Positions 37,791 through 51,617 of a stretch of DNA of 64,000 nucleotides are shown in pieces. A program made the translations under genes and the position numbers. Source of the DNA: Lingula anatina (taxonomy: Eukaryota; Animalia; Brachiopoda). The notes beneath the pieces were generated by a model. It saw only the letters and a program-made list of their open reading frames with translations. It did no database searches and was not told the origin of the DNA. The stretch lies in contig CM120640.1 in the NCBI GenBank assembly GCA_051362555.1, positions 19,778,001-19,842,000 on the forward strand, in the 5' to 3' direction. Each line of letters opens with the position of its first letter. Positions within the stretch are counted from its first letter, which is position 1.

Positions 37791-39062
37791 CATCAATGAT
37801 TTGATGGATGACTGACATTAAATAATCTTTATAAGACTGTTTTTATATTATATTATATTATATTATATTATATTATATTATATTATATTATCAAATTACG
37901 TTACAATACAGTTACATGATCCACATCTTTGATTTTAAAGTACTCTTAAGAGAAAATTGTCGAATGTTATTAAAATGAAAAAGTGCAGAAACCCTTGTAG
38001 ATTCTCTCAAAATGGATAAATTACTGGATAGAAAACTTGATTAACAAGTCTAAGACGTTAAAGTGTTTGAAGTGAAACCCTTCGATGCTTCGAGTATGTG
38101 ATAAAAGAAGCTCGCTTGATTCAATTGTACACCACGCGTGTCTTTGTCACACTATTTAATACGTAATACCAAACTTGTACAAATAGATTGGTCCAGAAAC
38201 AAATTCAGCAGATTTCACCATATTTGTAAACAATAGTGACATCCTCCCAAGTCGCGTGTATATATACAGTGATGTTTCCAATGACTTAATGTTAATCTTA
38301 ACGGAAGAAAAAGGTTTGAAAATATTAGTTATATTAATCACATGCGGGAATATCAATAACATTTATTTCATACAGGAATAATATGAATCACATACAAGAA
38401 ACATTCGTTCAAACATCAAATTCAGGTAAACCTTTTGGTAATTCTCTTAGTTATACTAATTGAAACTATATGCTGGCATTTGGTTGGCTTTTGTGGCAAA
38501 AAAAATTGGCTTTATATGCATCTTTAAGTTCATCTGAATGGCTTCAAGTGGTAAACCTTAAGGATCAAGTTTGAACTGTGGGCTGTTTAACGACTTAGTC
38601 AATTCCAGTAATTCTTACAAGGTTTCTTAAGATTGCCAAAAGGCAAAACACCATGTAGCCATGAAATTAATGTTAAAGTGTTTCAAGAGAAACCATCCGA
38701 TGCCTAGAGTATATGACAAGGGAAGCTCACTAGCTGCTATTGTACCCTACATGTGTTTTGTCACACTTTTAACACGTAAGACCAAACACTTAAAAGTAGA
38801 TTGGTCCAGAAACTAATTCAGCAGATTTTACAATATTTGTAAACAACGATGACATCCTCCAATTCGCGTGCATATATACATCGATGTTTCTTTATTTAAA
38901 ATCATCATCATCAAAGAAGAGAAAAGACTCTAATCTGCTCAGTAATTCTTGACATGACGTGTCCATTCCTCGTGTTTTCCTGATTTTTTTTTTTCTTTTG
39001 CCTTTAAAAAAGGCTTGGAGACTTCAGTGTTGTAAGCGCAAAGTTGTGACGGATGTGAAATT

Positions 39063-42000
39063 TTAACAATTCCCCATAAAGAACAAAGCAAACAAAATCA
39101 ACGTGAACGTCGGAACGACTGCGTATGCCTGGTTGTTGCTACAAGGCTGGACTGAACCAGTGACGAATTTAATTCGGTCCTCCACACCATGGTAAACCGG
39201 AGAGTACTTTTTGATGTAGTCCATTAAGACATCGGCATCCAAAGTATCTGAAATATACATGCATTTTACTCTCTGACCACAAGGTGCACTAGCAGCCAGT
39301 TACAAAATTGTTGAAAAGCAGCGTGATTTTGGAGAGTATTTTACGGGACCCTCATATCAGAGGTTACATGCATTTAAAGTGTCAAGCCAGTTTACGACTG
39401 CATTTTCAAAACTTGTAAAGTGCTCTTTTATCAACGGTAATTGGCCAGATAAAAAAAGAAACAGGAAAGCAAAAGGAGGAACTACGTAGGAGTAACTGTT
39501 TGGCAATAAAACAGGGCTCAGATGCGATGCGGTGTGATTGCAGTCTGCTCTGTGCAAATCAGGTGGGCTCCACTGTAACAACGGGGGTTTTCCTCAAGTA
39601 ACGGCATCTCGTGTAGAACAGGGAGAGAAATCAAATGAACCTCTTACAACAATTTTTTCGTTTAAACAACATTAACGTTTTTATTAAGAATAAATTATTT
39701 GTCTTTAAAATAACCAAAGAGTTAACACAATAATCAGAAGACTATAAACTGGGATAATCCTAGCGTTTTAATTCGTTCCGTACGTACCTATCCCGTATCG
39801 ATACACGATGTTGTCCCTCAATACCGAATAATCGTCACCCCCTCCTAAGATGAATGAACTAGTGATTACTTCGTATATTTTGGTCTTTATGAGGGGCTGG
39901 AACTTGGGGACAATGCAGTCCGCACATCTGACGTCAACGCTGACCACGCGGCTTCCGACCGGCTTGGAGATATTGTACACAACTCTTAGCCCTAGACGTG
40001 AACACGAATGATGTGGACTTTCAATGCATTGTCAAAATATCTTTTGTGAAAAGTAAAGGTTTTGATTTATAATCTCTTGCTCTTTAAAAGAAACAAAACA
40101 AAAAATGTTCTTACGGCAAATGCCAGATTAACGCTTAGTTTCGGGAAAATTTATGGTTTTGGTGACAAGGAGAGATTCTACAATTACTTGATATATTTCC
40201 AATTGTCACGCACCCGCATGTGTGTCCTCGAGGTATTCTGTTAAAATTATCACAAACTAAAATACAATATCAAAACTAAGGCCTAGGTGCCTAGGTCTGC
40301 TTTACCTGAGACTTGTAAGAAGCGGCCGACCTTTTCCTCGTATTTAGACACTGAATGCTCCAAGACTGCCCATAGTGTGCTACCAGATATCTGGGCAATA
40401 TCAGCTCCATTTCCAAATGGAACAGCACCTCGGACGTCCGACACAAGTATATCGCCTGGAGATAAAAAAAGATTATATATATATAAAATGAAGAAGAAAT
40501 GCTTCCAATTCTGCAATGCATTAAATTAATCAAATGCATGTACATGTACTTATGAAAAGAATTAGTAAAATTGATGATAACCGAGAAAGTACATAAATGG
40601 TCATAAAAGCTTAACATGTGGAAACCTCACCTACGCGAAGAGGTGCACGAAATGAACCACTATTCCAGATGCCAATAGACCTATTCGTCCATCTTGAGCC
40701 ATCCGAAGGCTTCAGATATTTGTCAACTAATGCGTCTGCCATCAAGTTTCCTGTAAGTTTTTATGTTACAAAGAAACGACGTCAATTTAAAGAAAATATC
40801 AATTCATCTATAAAGCATAAGACAATTGGTTTCATTTAACTGTTCAGTGACAATATTCTAATTATTTTCATAAATTATATACTTGCAAGACGAACAAAGG
40901 ACACTTACCTAGACTACACTCGTTGAACTTACAACCCGTGTCATTTAGTAACACTAGTGAGGATCCGATTTGCCTTGAACCAAATTCAGTCACCCGTTGT
41001 TTCCATGGCTGCAGCTTAGTGAGGGTAGCATTGTCTGACAGAAGAAGACGGTACAAGCCAACTTAAAACATGATTTAGGCCTAATATTAAACACAAAGTG
41101 AAAACTTATATTCACTGTTTTTTTTTATTATTATTATTTAAGTGCAAGTCTCCCTTTGATAGGCATTATAATGACTATTACAATATACATGCATGTTGGA
41201 AGCTATAAAGGGTATCCAGTGGCGGATTTAGAGGTGGGGGGGGGGGGTGAGGGAGGCCTTCGGTTTCTGAAAAATGTATCACACCAATATTCCCCTCTTG
41301 AAATTAGAATGTTCACTAGCTAAATCACATTTCTTAACCGTACTAAAGGGCCCTGTTTGCTCTCCAAAACACCAAAAATTCCCGGGGCCCTTTAGTAGGA
41401 CCCAAACCCCAAAACGATGGTCGGCTTCGCATCCGAGGCCTGTCGTTCTGGACCCCCCTTTCAAATAATCCTAGATCCGCCCCTGGTATCAAGTATCTGG
41501 GATAGCCATTTTTAAAATCCAAATGTTGTGAAAATCACAGCAATTTTCAACACAAGTGAAGCCTTGGCAGAAAAAGAATATAACTGTGGAACCGTTATGT
41601 GGTCTCTGCTGGCATAAAATAAGTTAATGTGTGTTGCACTAGTAGTTTGATGTAACCCTTCAAAACTCACATTTCCCCCGTGATTGTTACTTAATGGACT
41701 TTTCGACACATATTCATACATGTATGTGAAGCAGGGTACAATGTAACTTACAGTATTTTTATTGAGGTACTTGAACGCATTAATTGAACACAAAAATTCA
41801 TTGCAGATAATTTACCTTCAGGAACAGTTTTATCCAATAAGATTGGATTACCATTCCATGACGTAACTTCCCCTGCGTCATCAAACGTCACTGCTAAATG
41901 ACCTAGATATTTGCCCAACCAGAAATCAGAGACTATCAACACTTTTCTCCCGCCTGATTGTGTCATCACAACTGGATATTCACCTTCAGGAACTTCTGTT

Positions 42001-45000
42001 GAGGGCGGGGTCCCTGATACGTTATTAAAATCATAGAACAAACTTAAAATTACATGTTTTAAGATAATAATAACGATAACATAAACAAATAAACAATATA
42101 AAAACAATATGGAAGAAACATATCTTCAAAATAGGTCAGAATATAAGGGTCTACTTTCAAAGAAGAAAAAAGAAAAAAAACAGTACAGTACAGTGCGCTA
42201 CTTTAAAAAATTAGGGCAGATTTTTCAAAAGAATTCTATTTCAAATGCAAACTTACCAGTATAAAGAAATGTATTTGTGTGCCCACTAACGACGATGTCC
42301 ACACCCGTGACAAGTTCGGCGACCTTCTTATCCACAGGAAACCCCGAATGCCCCAATGCGATGATTTTATCGATGCCTTGTGACGTCAACTTGTCAGCCT
42401 CTGCCTGAACTGCAGCCACCTCTTCGGTGAATATCAAGGCACCTTAAGAAAATCCAAGTGAAATGTATACAATATTAACCCGTTTTTTAAAATCTCTTTG
42501 TTCAATGAGTACAATATAAGTATATGTTAGTCGCTCCCATGGCTAGATTTGGCGGATGTATGGGCTCTTTGATTCTGCAATCTCGATAAACTTCAAATGA
42601 ATGTTCAAATTATTGTTTTTCTTTTTATCAAGAGCTTGTAAAATATGTGGATATTACCTCCAATATTTCTGTGACTGTCAGTCACCATCATCAGGGAGTA
42701 AATGACTAAGGTCATTTCATATTGGAGGTAATACCCACATATTTTACAAGCTCTTGATAAAAAGAAAAACAACAATTTGAATTGATACATACAGAGCTAA
42801 TGAAACTATTCTCTCATTCAAATGAATGAATTAAAATATGACGCCTTAAATACGCAGCCTAGTAAAGGCATCATGTTATTGATAAACCGTTCAGAATAAG
42901 TGTATTGCACGAGGCATCAGCATATACATCTTTCATGAAAGGAAAAAATAAGTAATTTATCCCCCGATATCTCGTCAAACAATTCACACAAGATTTGTCA
43001 TTGATGAAGAGAAATATCGGGCTTATTCAAAAATCGCGTGTCAGTTACTTCAGAAATGCTTTCTGGTTAATCTCTTCATCAAATGTGCCCTAAATAACCA
43101 AACAGGTGTCTGTTTATCGATTTTTATTATACAAATTCTTACCAGGGCTTGAAATAGTGGGTGTGTCTGTAGTAGTATATCCTATCACCCCTATCTTTTC
43201 ACCAGCAACAGTTAGCACTGTGGATTTATTGAACAGTCCTCTCATTTCTGGAACATTAGCAGCGTTGATATTAGAGCTTACTACTGGGAAGGTGACGTTT
43301 TCAAGAAATTGCGCAAGACCATCAAGACCGTTGTCGAACTCGTGATTGCCTAATGTCTGAAGAGCAAAAAATAAAAACAAATAAAACAGGGACGTCTATC
43401 TTTTATCTAAGAGTGTAATTAATCATGTTAGGGCTATTGGATTTAATTCATTGCATCAATAATGGAGAGAGAAAGGGAGAGATAGAGAGATCACACTTTA
43501 CAAAGATTTCTCAAATCAAACATTTGTTCTCATTTTTCCTTTTCTGTAACAACTGAGGCGGCTTTGTATACGTATAAGACTACACGGGAAAAAATGAGAA
43601 ATCCAGCAAAGAATTTGCAATAAAATTTAAAATTATATTTTTTCAAACAACAGTTTAAGTTATTCCCATTCCAATATTTAACTGCTTAAAAAGACGCCTT
43701 TATTAGGAAGAGGCTACAATAACAACAATCGTAGTTCTTAAAAAAGGTGTCTTGTTCTGCATTGGGATATTGTAGTAGAGATAACTCCGTTGTCAGAAGA
43801 AACTATGAAAATTATTTCAGGTAAGCTGTGTCGTCCATGTCATAACTTGTTTTTAAAACTTTCATATCAATTTCGATCTACAGCAAGAAAATTTTATTTA
43901 TTCAAAAATTCCTAAGCGTGTTTAGCTGTCTGGCTTGTCTGATTTATAACCCGATTGTATCTACAGACGGCGTTAAACAATGCCAAAATATTAGGGTATA
44001 CTTTTACTAGGCGTTGTAACTGGCCACGAAAGACCCATGATATGTGATTATCTATACTTTACCAATGCATTTTTCACATAAACATATCCATTTGCTACAA
44101 ATTATATACTGTACTGATGTGTTTTCACATAAAAATATCTATTTGCCACAAATGATATAGTCTGTCGAGAATACATCATTGATTTATTTATCTGATAAAA
44201 AATAACGACAATATTATTTCAAACGAGATTGCATAGATTTTTTGTCCGAGATAAATAGAAAGATACATATGTAAAAACCCAAAGACTCAAAATTTGATAA
44301 AAACAAAGTTTTCCCTGTCTTAATGTCCGAGTTATTGAAATCAACCCCACCCGCAGGATGCGAATAGATGTAGACCTGGAATGGACTTTTTTCATTGTTC
44401 CAATATTTTTAAATGCCAAAAGGCTGGATCCACCACACACGCGCGCGCGCGCGCTTACGTTCGCTCATTCTCATTCTCTCTCTGTAGAATCGAATTTTAA
44501 ATCTTTAAATGTCACAAAAGATACGTATGACTTGTTAGTGCATAACATATAACGAAAAGAGCCTAAATGAATGGAATGTCAGACCCATTGTTGCCATTTT
44601 CGGCAATGCTGCAACACCCATAGTACATAACGCCATGGACCCATAAGGGAACGTGAGGCTTGTTTCAATGGAAAAAAAATGGTAAGGTGGAAAGTTGATA
44701 ATACTGTATCGGATAGAATGCAAGGTGAATAACATGATCTAATGTCACACCTATTGTGTACTATATCTGGCGTGTATAATGTGACATGCAGTTTTCCATA
44801 TAAAAGTGGTCAAGCATGATAAACACTGACTCACCTGCAATACCAGGGAATTAGGTGAAAGAAGAAACATAACATGTGAACATTTGAAAATTCGCAATAA
44901 TTGCACAGTAGCACAGAAATATATGCCAACTGTCAATTTATAGATAATAATACTGTAATAATGGAGGAACATGGTGACAGCACCGCGACCCAAGGTAACG

Positions 45001-46071
45001 TCTGGCATGTCGCTGTTTACATGAAAAGATGTGTCTTTTGTGGACTAAAAGGCCTAAGGGACGGCAATGACTCGCCTTTTTTTTTTTTTTTTTTTTTTTT
45101 TTTGCAAGATTCGCCTTATCTTTGACATCGAAGAAAAGAAGGTGCGTTAATCTTAAAAGCGCATTTCCGCATGCATGAGGACAGTTGGGATGGTCCCGCA
45201 GGTTGTAGCCGGACCCACCTTTTGTAAATGTACCCCGGTCGATCAGTGCTCTTTCTCTCTCTCTCTCTCTCCAAACACACGTACATGTACGAACGCTCAT
45301 GCTAAAATTTACTTAAAAATTGTAGGCCTACCGATATGACACATGTATGATATGATATGAGGGAGTGACTACATGTGTCTCCAAATAGTGTCACCATATT
45401 ATCTCATTTTGTATGTTCTCCGATAAGGAGTGTAAGATAAACAGTGTTTTAAAAATACACTGAAAAGCTCCGTGATACATGTAGAAAAGGTGACACAAAA
45501 CGTGTACCGTGCGTCCAGTGCGTAGACGTGTGAAGGCTTGTGAACTCAATGAGTGTCAAGTCGCTGATAAGATGCTAATCGCTGATAAGGTGTTTAAGAA
45601 ACGACGGGTGATATAAAATAAAATTATCCTTATTGAGCCTATTTTCAGGAAGTAAAAAGAATATTCTAATACGCCTTCTAACTGAACGACAATTAATCTC
45701 TCGGTAAATGCCTTTATCGACCCTTAGATTATTCTTACCATTACATCGTATCCAAGTTCGTTCATAAAGTGTGCCGTCGCTTTTCCTTTGAACATAGAAA
45801 ACCACAGCGTGCCCTGAGCCTGGTCTCCAGCGTCCAGCAAAATCACGTCAGGTTCTGCTTTACGGATCTCCTCGATTTTAGTGTATCTTCTTGCCACTCC
45901 CCCGAAACACTCCCCCGCTTCTGCCTCTGTTTCCGAGCACCTGCCTCCATACTTGTCAAACTGTTCAAACCGTGCATGAACATCGTTGGTGTGTAAAATA
46001 GTCAAATTAAACCCATAGCTTAGTGTTAAACACATGCTTATTACCACCAGCTCCTTCATAGCCCCTGCCAT
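39063..46071 (-). CDS. NT5E: Ecto-5'-nucleotidase (CD73)-like paralog C, 9 exons, ~571 aa, GPI-type tail
   Basis: Exons 46071-45739, 43356-43143, 42442-42257, 42013-41816, 41034-40909, 40750-40631, 40455-40306, 39991-39788 and 39247-39063 (1716 nt, open). HTNDVH, DAGDQAQG, GNHEFD, GHSG, SGHTNT, NSGSFR. Tail CSNNQAYAVVPTFTLILFALFFMGNC. Confidence 0.92.
41217..41485. mobile_element. MITE with 5-bp TSD (hAT5-like) in NT5E-C intron 4
   Basis: CAGTGGCGGATTTAG ... CTAGATCCGCCCCTG, flanked by GTATC on both sides. Confidence 0.7.
42654..42701 (-). ncRNA. Minimal type I hammerhead ribozyme motif (Penelope-type) in NT5E-C intron 2
   Basis: The minus strand reads UUACUCC-CUGAUGA-UG-GUGAC-UGACA-GUCAC-A-GAAA-UAUU-GGAGGUAA: core boxes, stem II, palindromic minimal stem III and stem I. 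It sits in a ~63-bp-arm inverted repeat (42604-42666 / 42719-42781). Confidence 0.6.
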
Positions 46072-47344
46072 ATTTTCAATGGATGTACAGTAAAAGGTAC
46101 AGTTTATTGTGCTACTAATGCTAAAAATCCTAAAAAGCCCAGTCAGGCTATTTATCTAACTTTGCTGCTCTATGACCGTGAAGCACGTCACCGTCTTATT
46201 TGTGTCGTGTGTGCAAAGTAACAAAACAACGCTATGCCAATGTGTTTGTGGGGCATTCCCCTTGTGACCGCTGTGATAACATCACTAAAGACTGTGTGAT
46301 AACTTAATAATAAAAAAGACAGGTTAAGTTTTACACGGTATGACCTAGTAAAGTAAGGGACATTAATTCATTTTTCATTTTCACTCCTCCTCTTCTGCAA
46401 ACCGCAAACGGTTATTAAACCTCTGGCAATCCTTTTATAGGCTTTATAACAGATGTTTAGTTCTCGGATATTGGTTTATGAGTCGCTAAGGTCATTTGTA
46501 GTTGAACAAGGCAGCAAAGCTGTCAAATGTACAGACAAAAAACAGAAAATAAAGATGCAAAAAAGGTCATTTTGTCAATTTTGATGCAATAATAAATAAT
46601 GCTTATAATAGCACTGTCAGTCAACACTGAATTTTAATCTTGCACAAAAGGTAACATGGTCAATAACAGGAGCGGACCCAGAGATATTTTCTGACAGTAT
46701 TACAAAGTATCTATGTTGATCCATCCTCCATTTTGATGGTGTTCCAACAGAAAAAAATAGATACCAGTCAATATAAACTTAATAACCTGACTGTCTTCCG
46801 GAAGACCCAGAAGATGGTCTCAATCCACCCCTTCAATAAGATTACAGTTTCAGGACCATGAGAGTTCAAATTCACATTATGAAAGTCTCAATATTTGAAA
46901 AATGATGACAGTGCATAAAATAATATTACATAATGTTTAAAGACATAAAAAACAATACAACTGCTTATGTAGAAATACAGAAAATGTGCAGAGCCCCAGG
47001 CAGATGACAGCCTGCCTGGGGCTAAAAGTCACAAATGCAAGTGTTTGAGAAAAAATTATAAAGGAAAACAACAAAACTAGAGAGTGCAGACCTCTGCCAA
47101 GGCAGCAATTGTTGATTATTATTGATAATTGATTGATTATTGATCCGGACCACCACCAAAAATTAATCATTGTCCTCTTTGGCCCACTTCCGACAGTTCC
47201 TGAAAATTTCTGCAAAATCAGTCCATAACTTTTTGTGTTATGTGGATGACAGACAAACAAGGGTGAAAATATAACCTCCTTGGCAGAGCTTGAGGTAAAT
47301 ATAATTCCAATGAAGCTGCTATTCAAACTTTTAATCTTCCAGTT

Positions 47345-47346
<2 letters not shown>

Positions 47347-47416
<70 letters not shown>
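47347..47416. repeat. (AT)n microsatellite
   Basis: Pure dinucleotide run of ~70 nt. Confidence 0.95.
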
Positions 47417-47419
<3 letters not shown>

Positions 47420-48199
47420 AAACTTATTTGCAATATTAAACAAAATTTACCTGCATAATTATCACTGCTTCCTTATTATTAATCTAGCAGAGAGCTTTAC
47501 CTTTGGGAGTTTACAGGGAAATATCAACAAGTGTGCTTTACGTAATCTCATTTAATGGCCTATTAAAGCAAATGACTTTATAACTCTGAAATTAATCTAG
47601 TGATACCCAAGGGTAATTTATAGACTGACCCACTCAAAGGTCTTCAGGCCCATAAGTCACACCTTCAGAAAAGCACAAAACCATAATGCCCAAAATAGGA
47701 GACTACCAATCCTGATGCAATAATACATTATGTTTAACTGCACAGTCAACATCAACTTATGCACAACAGGTAACACAGACGAAAGTAAAAGCATAAGGCT
47801 TCAGGCCCATCAGAGTTCAAGTTTATACTTAGAAAGTGCCAGAATGAGAAAAATGAAAATTTCACAAAAAAATGCATAAATACAATAAACATGATAATCC
47901 AATAGAGCTGGTTTTCTCATGAGCTGAAGGCCAATCCTAAAAATCGTACTTGTAAGTTTAAAATTATAATAAGTAGCACAGTTTTCTTTTCATAATGTTT
48001 GCAGTAGCAGTGCAAAAAGATTGTCAATTTTGATGTAACATTACATAATAAATTAGAGAATAATTATCACAAATTTTTGTTTATTGACTATAAATAGGAT
48101 GGACATGTAGAAAATATGATTACCATTTGGCTTCATGTCCATGGGAGCTCCGAGTCCCACAATGAATATGCCAAAAAAGATAATGAATATAACACTAAA

Positions 48200-49190
48200 A
48201 TGTATAACTTCCAGAAAAAGAAGCCAATTAGACTGCTTTTCTAACTCAGGCTGCATTTTAGTCCTGTGTTTCTTTTTTGAAAGTTTGACAGTCATAAGTA
48301 ACACGGTTTTTCCATAATGGTCATCAAGGCAGCAGCACCAAAAATTGTGTTTTCTTCTATTTTGATGCAACATTACATAATGCTTAACAGCATAATGACC
48401 ATCGATTTTTAATAATAAAATATAAGTGTCATGGATTTTCACAAAATGTGACTAGCACGGGTCTTCAAGCCCGTGGAGGTTCTAAGTCGCACCTTGGAAA
48501 TGCCAATATGTGAAAAATTAAATTTTCACAAAAAACTGTTTAATTGCCAGAAAAATTTACCAAACAGACTGCATTGCCTACTGAAGCTGTATTTTAGACC
48601 CATGTTTCTTTCCTGTAAGTTTGAGAACAGTAATTGACATGATTTTTGTTAAATGGTCATCATGGGAGCAGTGCCCAAAATAGGGGTTTCTTCAAATTTT
48701 GATGCAACATTACATAATGTTTAACAGCATAATGACCATCAATTTTTAATTATAAAATATTAGTATCACGGATATTCAGGAAATGTGACAAGCAAAGGTC
48801 TTCAGGATCATGGAACTTCAAAGTCACACCTTGAAAATGCCAATAAGTGAAAAATTAAATTTTCACAAAAAACTGTTTAATTGCCAGAAAAATTTACCAA
48901 ACAGACTGCATTGCCTACTGGAGCTGTATTTTAGTCCCATGTTTCTTTCCTGTAAGTTTGAGAACAGTAAGTGACATGATTTTCCTTAAATGGTCATCAT
49001 GGGAGCAGTGCCCAAAATAGGGGTTTCTTCAAATTTTCATGCAATATTACATAATGTTTTACAGCATAATGACCATCAATTTTTAATTATAAAATATTAG
49101 TATCATGGTTATTCAGAAAATGTGACTAGCAAAAGCCTTCAGGCCCATGGAACTTCAAAGTCACATATTGAAAATGCCAAAATGTAAACA
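48200..49190. repeat. Tandem repeat, ~337-bp unit, ~3 copies
   Basis: ATTACATAATG..T.ACAGCATAATGACCATC recurs at ~48371, ~48708 and ~49045. Confidence 0.85.
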
Positions 49191-49579
49191 ATACAGCACT
49201 GTTCTGAAATGGGTTTATTTCCATTTTTAACACTTTTTAAACATAAAACAAAATAAACAGTTTACTGCCATTTTTATATGACCAATGAAGAAAATTGATG
49301 AGATGGGAAAAGTATCAATAGAACAGTTTTAAATGCCCAACTTCCTCCATTCTGAGATTCTGAACATAGTGGATGAATGCATCTGACAAACTGCAATGAT
49401 ATGAGTTTATTTCCATTTTTGACACTTTATTACACAATACATGATAACAAGTTTACCATCATTTTTACAAAATCAACTAACAATGTTGTAAAGATGCAGG
49501 AAATGCCAAACAAACACATTTACGTATCTTATTAGTTCAATAATGAGACTGTTAACATGCCTAAGAATTGAATGTGAGG

Positions 49580-50372
49580 AAATGTGAAAAAACAGCATTA
49601 CCTTTTAAAATAATGGACTGATTATGCTGATTTTCAAACTCAACCTGCGTTTTAGTAAGATTGGCCCCTCCTGTGAGTATAATGACAATTGGCCAATCTG
49701 TTTTTCTTATATTGTGTTATCAGTGTTGCATATATACTGAAAAAAGTGAAAAAAAAAACAGCATAAATTCCCTATAAGTTACCCGATCGTGCTGATTTTC
49801 GAACTTGACCTGCGTATTATGAATATTTATCAGTTCTGTAAGTTTCAAGCCAAAGGGTAAAACAGTTCTTCATTTATTGTGTTATCAGTGTTGCAAAAAT
49901 GCTGAAAAAAGTGAAAAAATAGCCTAAATTCACTAAAAATTACCCAATCACGCTGATTTTCGAACTTGACCTGCGTATTATGTATATTCATCAGTTCTGT
50001 AAGTTTCAAGCCAAAAGGTAAAATGGTTTTCCACTTATCGTGTTATCGGTGCTGTATATATGCTGAAAAAAGTGAAAAAACAGCATAAATTCCCTATAAG
50101 TGACCCGATCATGCTGATTTTCGAACTCGACCTGCGTATTATGAATATTCATCAGTACTGTAAGTTTCAAGCCAAAAGGTACAATGGTTTTCCACTTATC
50201 GTGTTATCGGTGCTGCATATATGTTGAAAAAAGTAAAAAAAACAGCATAAATTCCCTAAGAGTGACCCGATCATGCTGATTTTCGAACTTGACCTGCGTA
50301 TTATGAATATTCATCAGTTCTGCAAGTTTCAAATCAAAATGCAAAATGGTTTTCCACTTATCGTGTTATCGG
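49580..50372. repeat. Tandem repeat, ~162-bp unit, ~5 copies
   Basis: GCTGATTTTC(G/A)AACT.(G/A)ACCTGCGT recurs at ~49626, 49791, 49952, 50113 and 50275. Confidence 0.9.
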
Positions 50373-50381
50373 TAAAAGTGC

Positions 50382-50412
<31 letters not shown>

Positions 50413-51617
50413 CAGACGCAGATGATGGCTATATGTACAGACACATCTGTGTCTGTACATAAAAAGGAGTCAAACTAGGCCAACGTCTATTTCCTAGGAA
50501 CTCGGGGCTACTGGACCTCCAAAGTTTTCACCTGCGATCTGTATGTGCAGAACGGACAGAAAGATTTTTTCATCTCTTCATTCAATACATTGTGTTTCAG
50601 TGTTGTAATGGAAAAAAGGAGAAAACTCTCTTGCATTTTAGAGTGTTACCATAATCGTTTTTTAATGTTTACGTTCCATAGGGAATGTGTCTGTGGCATA
50701 TGTAATATCCATGTGCTTATTGCATTTTTGTTTGACTTTCATGTTTTAAAATGAATTTCTTTCTTTTTTTTTATTTCATAAAATGGATTTGAAGATTGCA
50801 TGCTTAAGTAGTGAGGGCTATTCCCCTTATTTATTTCAGCTGATAGATATTTGGAGGGCCATCGATAGGGCCTACTCTCCAAAGAGTTGTTATGTCAGAG
50901 GGCCCTTAAATTATACACGAAATTTCACTGGGGGCTTCTCAACATTTTTGAAACAGACGACAAGCGCACCCTGTGGTCAGAGATGTGTGTATGTGTCATG
51001 TAAGATTGTTAGCCAGGGAAACCTGTATTCAAATCTGTCAAAGCGAAATCTCCCGTGGTTACATTATACTGTACATCGTCAGCGATACTGATGTTTCTCT
51101 CTCCCGCTTTCAACCAATGGCGAATGACACGGAATTGGGACAAAAAGAAGTATTAAGGCAATCATAATCGCCTCTTCTCAACTAACACATTGAGGCCATC
51201 GGCTATTTTTACACTACTTAGTACGGTGAGATACTGCCCAGTTTCTCAACTTCTACTAGAAAGAGAGTTGTATTTATCTTTTCATTCACAACTTCCACAA
51301 GGTACCTGCAAAGTGTCATGTAAATGTCTCAGGACAGATGGCGATTCAGTATAATCATCGATTTTCCTAGACCAGATGGCAATCAGTCTGATCTGCCCTA
51401 GAACAATCGCTGTTTGTCCTAGGTCAGTGGCTGATTCATCAGTTTGGATTCCTAAGCGAGTAAATATGCAATATGGAATCAGGGTGATGGTTATACTAGT
51501 AATAATGCAATCTTTGATACAAAGGGATTTGTACATTGAGATCAATGACACTGATTGCTAGAAAAGCATGACCTGGTTTTTCTCAGTTTTCATTCCGACA
51601 GACATTAGCGTCTAAGG

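Larger units (their letters stand above)
46505..50465 (-). mobile_element. ~4-kb HINE/DINE-1/pearl-like non-autonomous element with internal tandem arrays
   Basis: One end is AACAAG + hairpin GGCAGC-AAA-GCTGTC + ATGTACAGACA (46527-37). The other end is (GACGGC)n, hairpin ATGTACAGACAC-ATCT-GTGTCTGTACAT and A5. The 11-bp subterminal repeats are inverted relative to each other. A MITE and a short HINE copy are nested inside. Confidence 0.65.

Noticed and set aside
49580-50372. Regularly spaced repeats resembling a CRISPR array
   Set aside because: The whole ~162-bp unit repeats with no unique spacers, the context is eukaryotic, and there are no cas genes.
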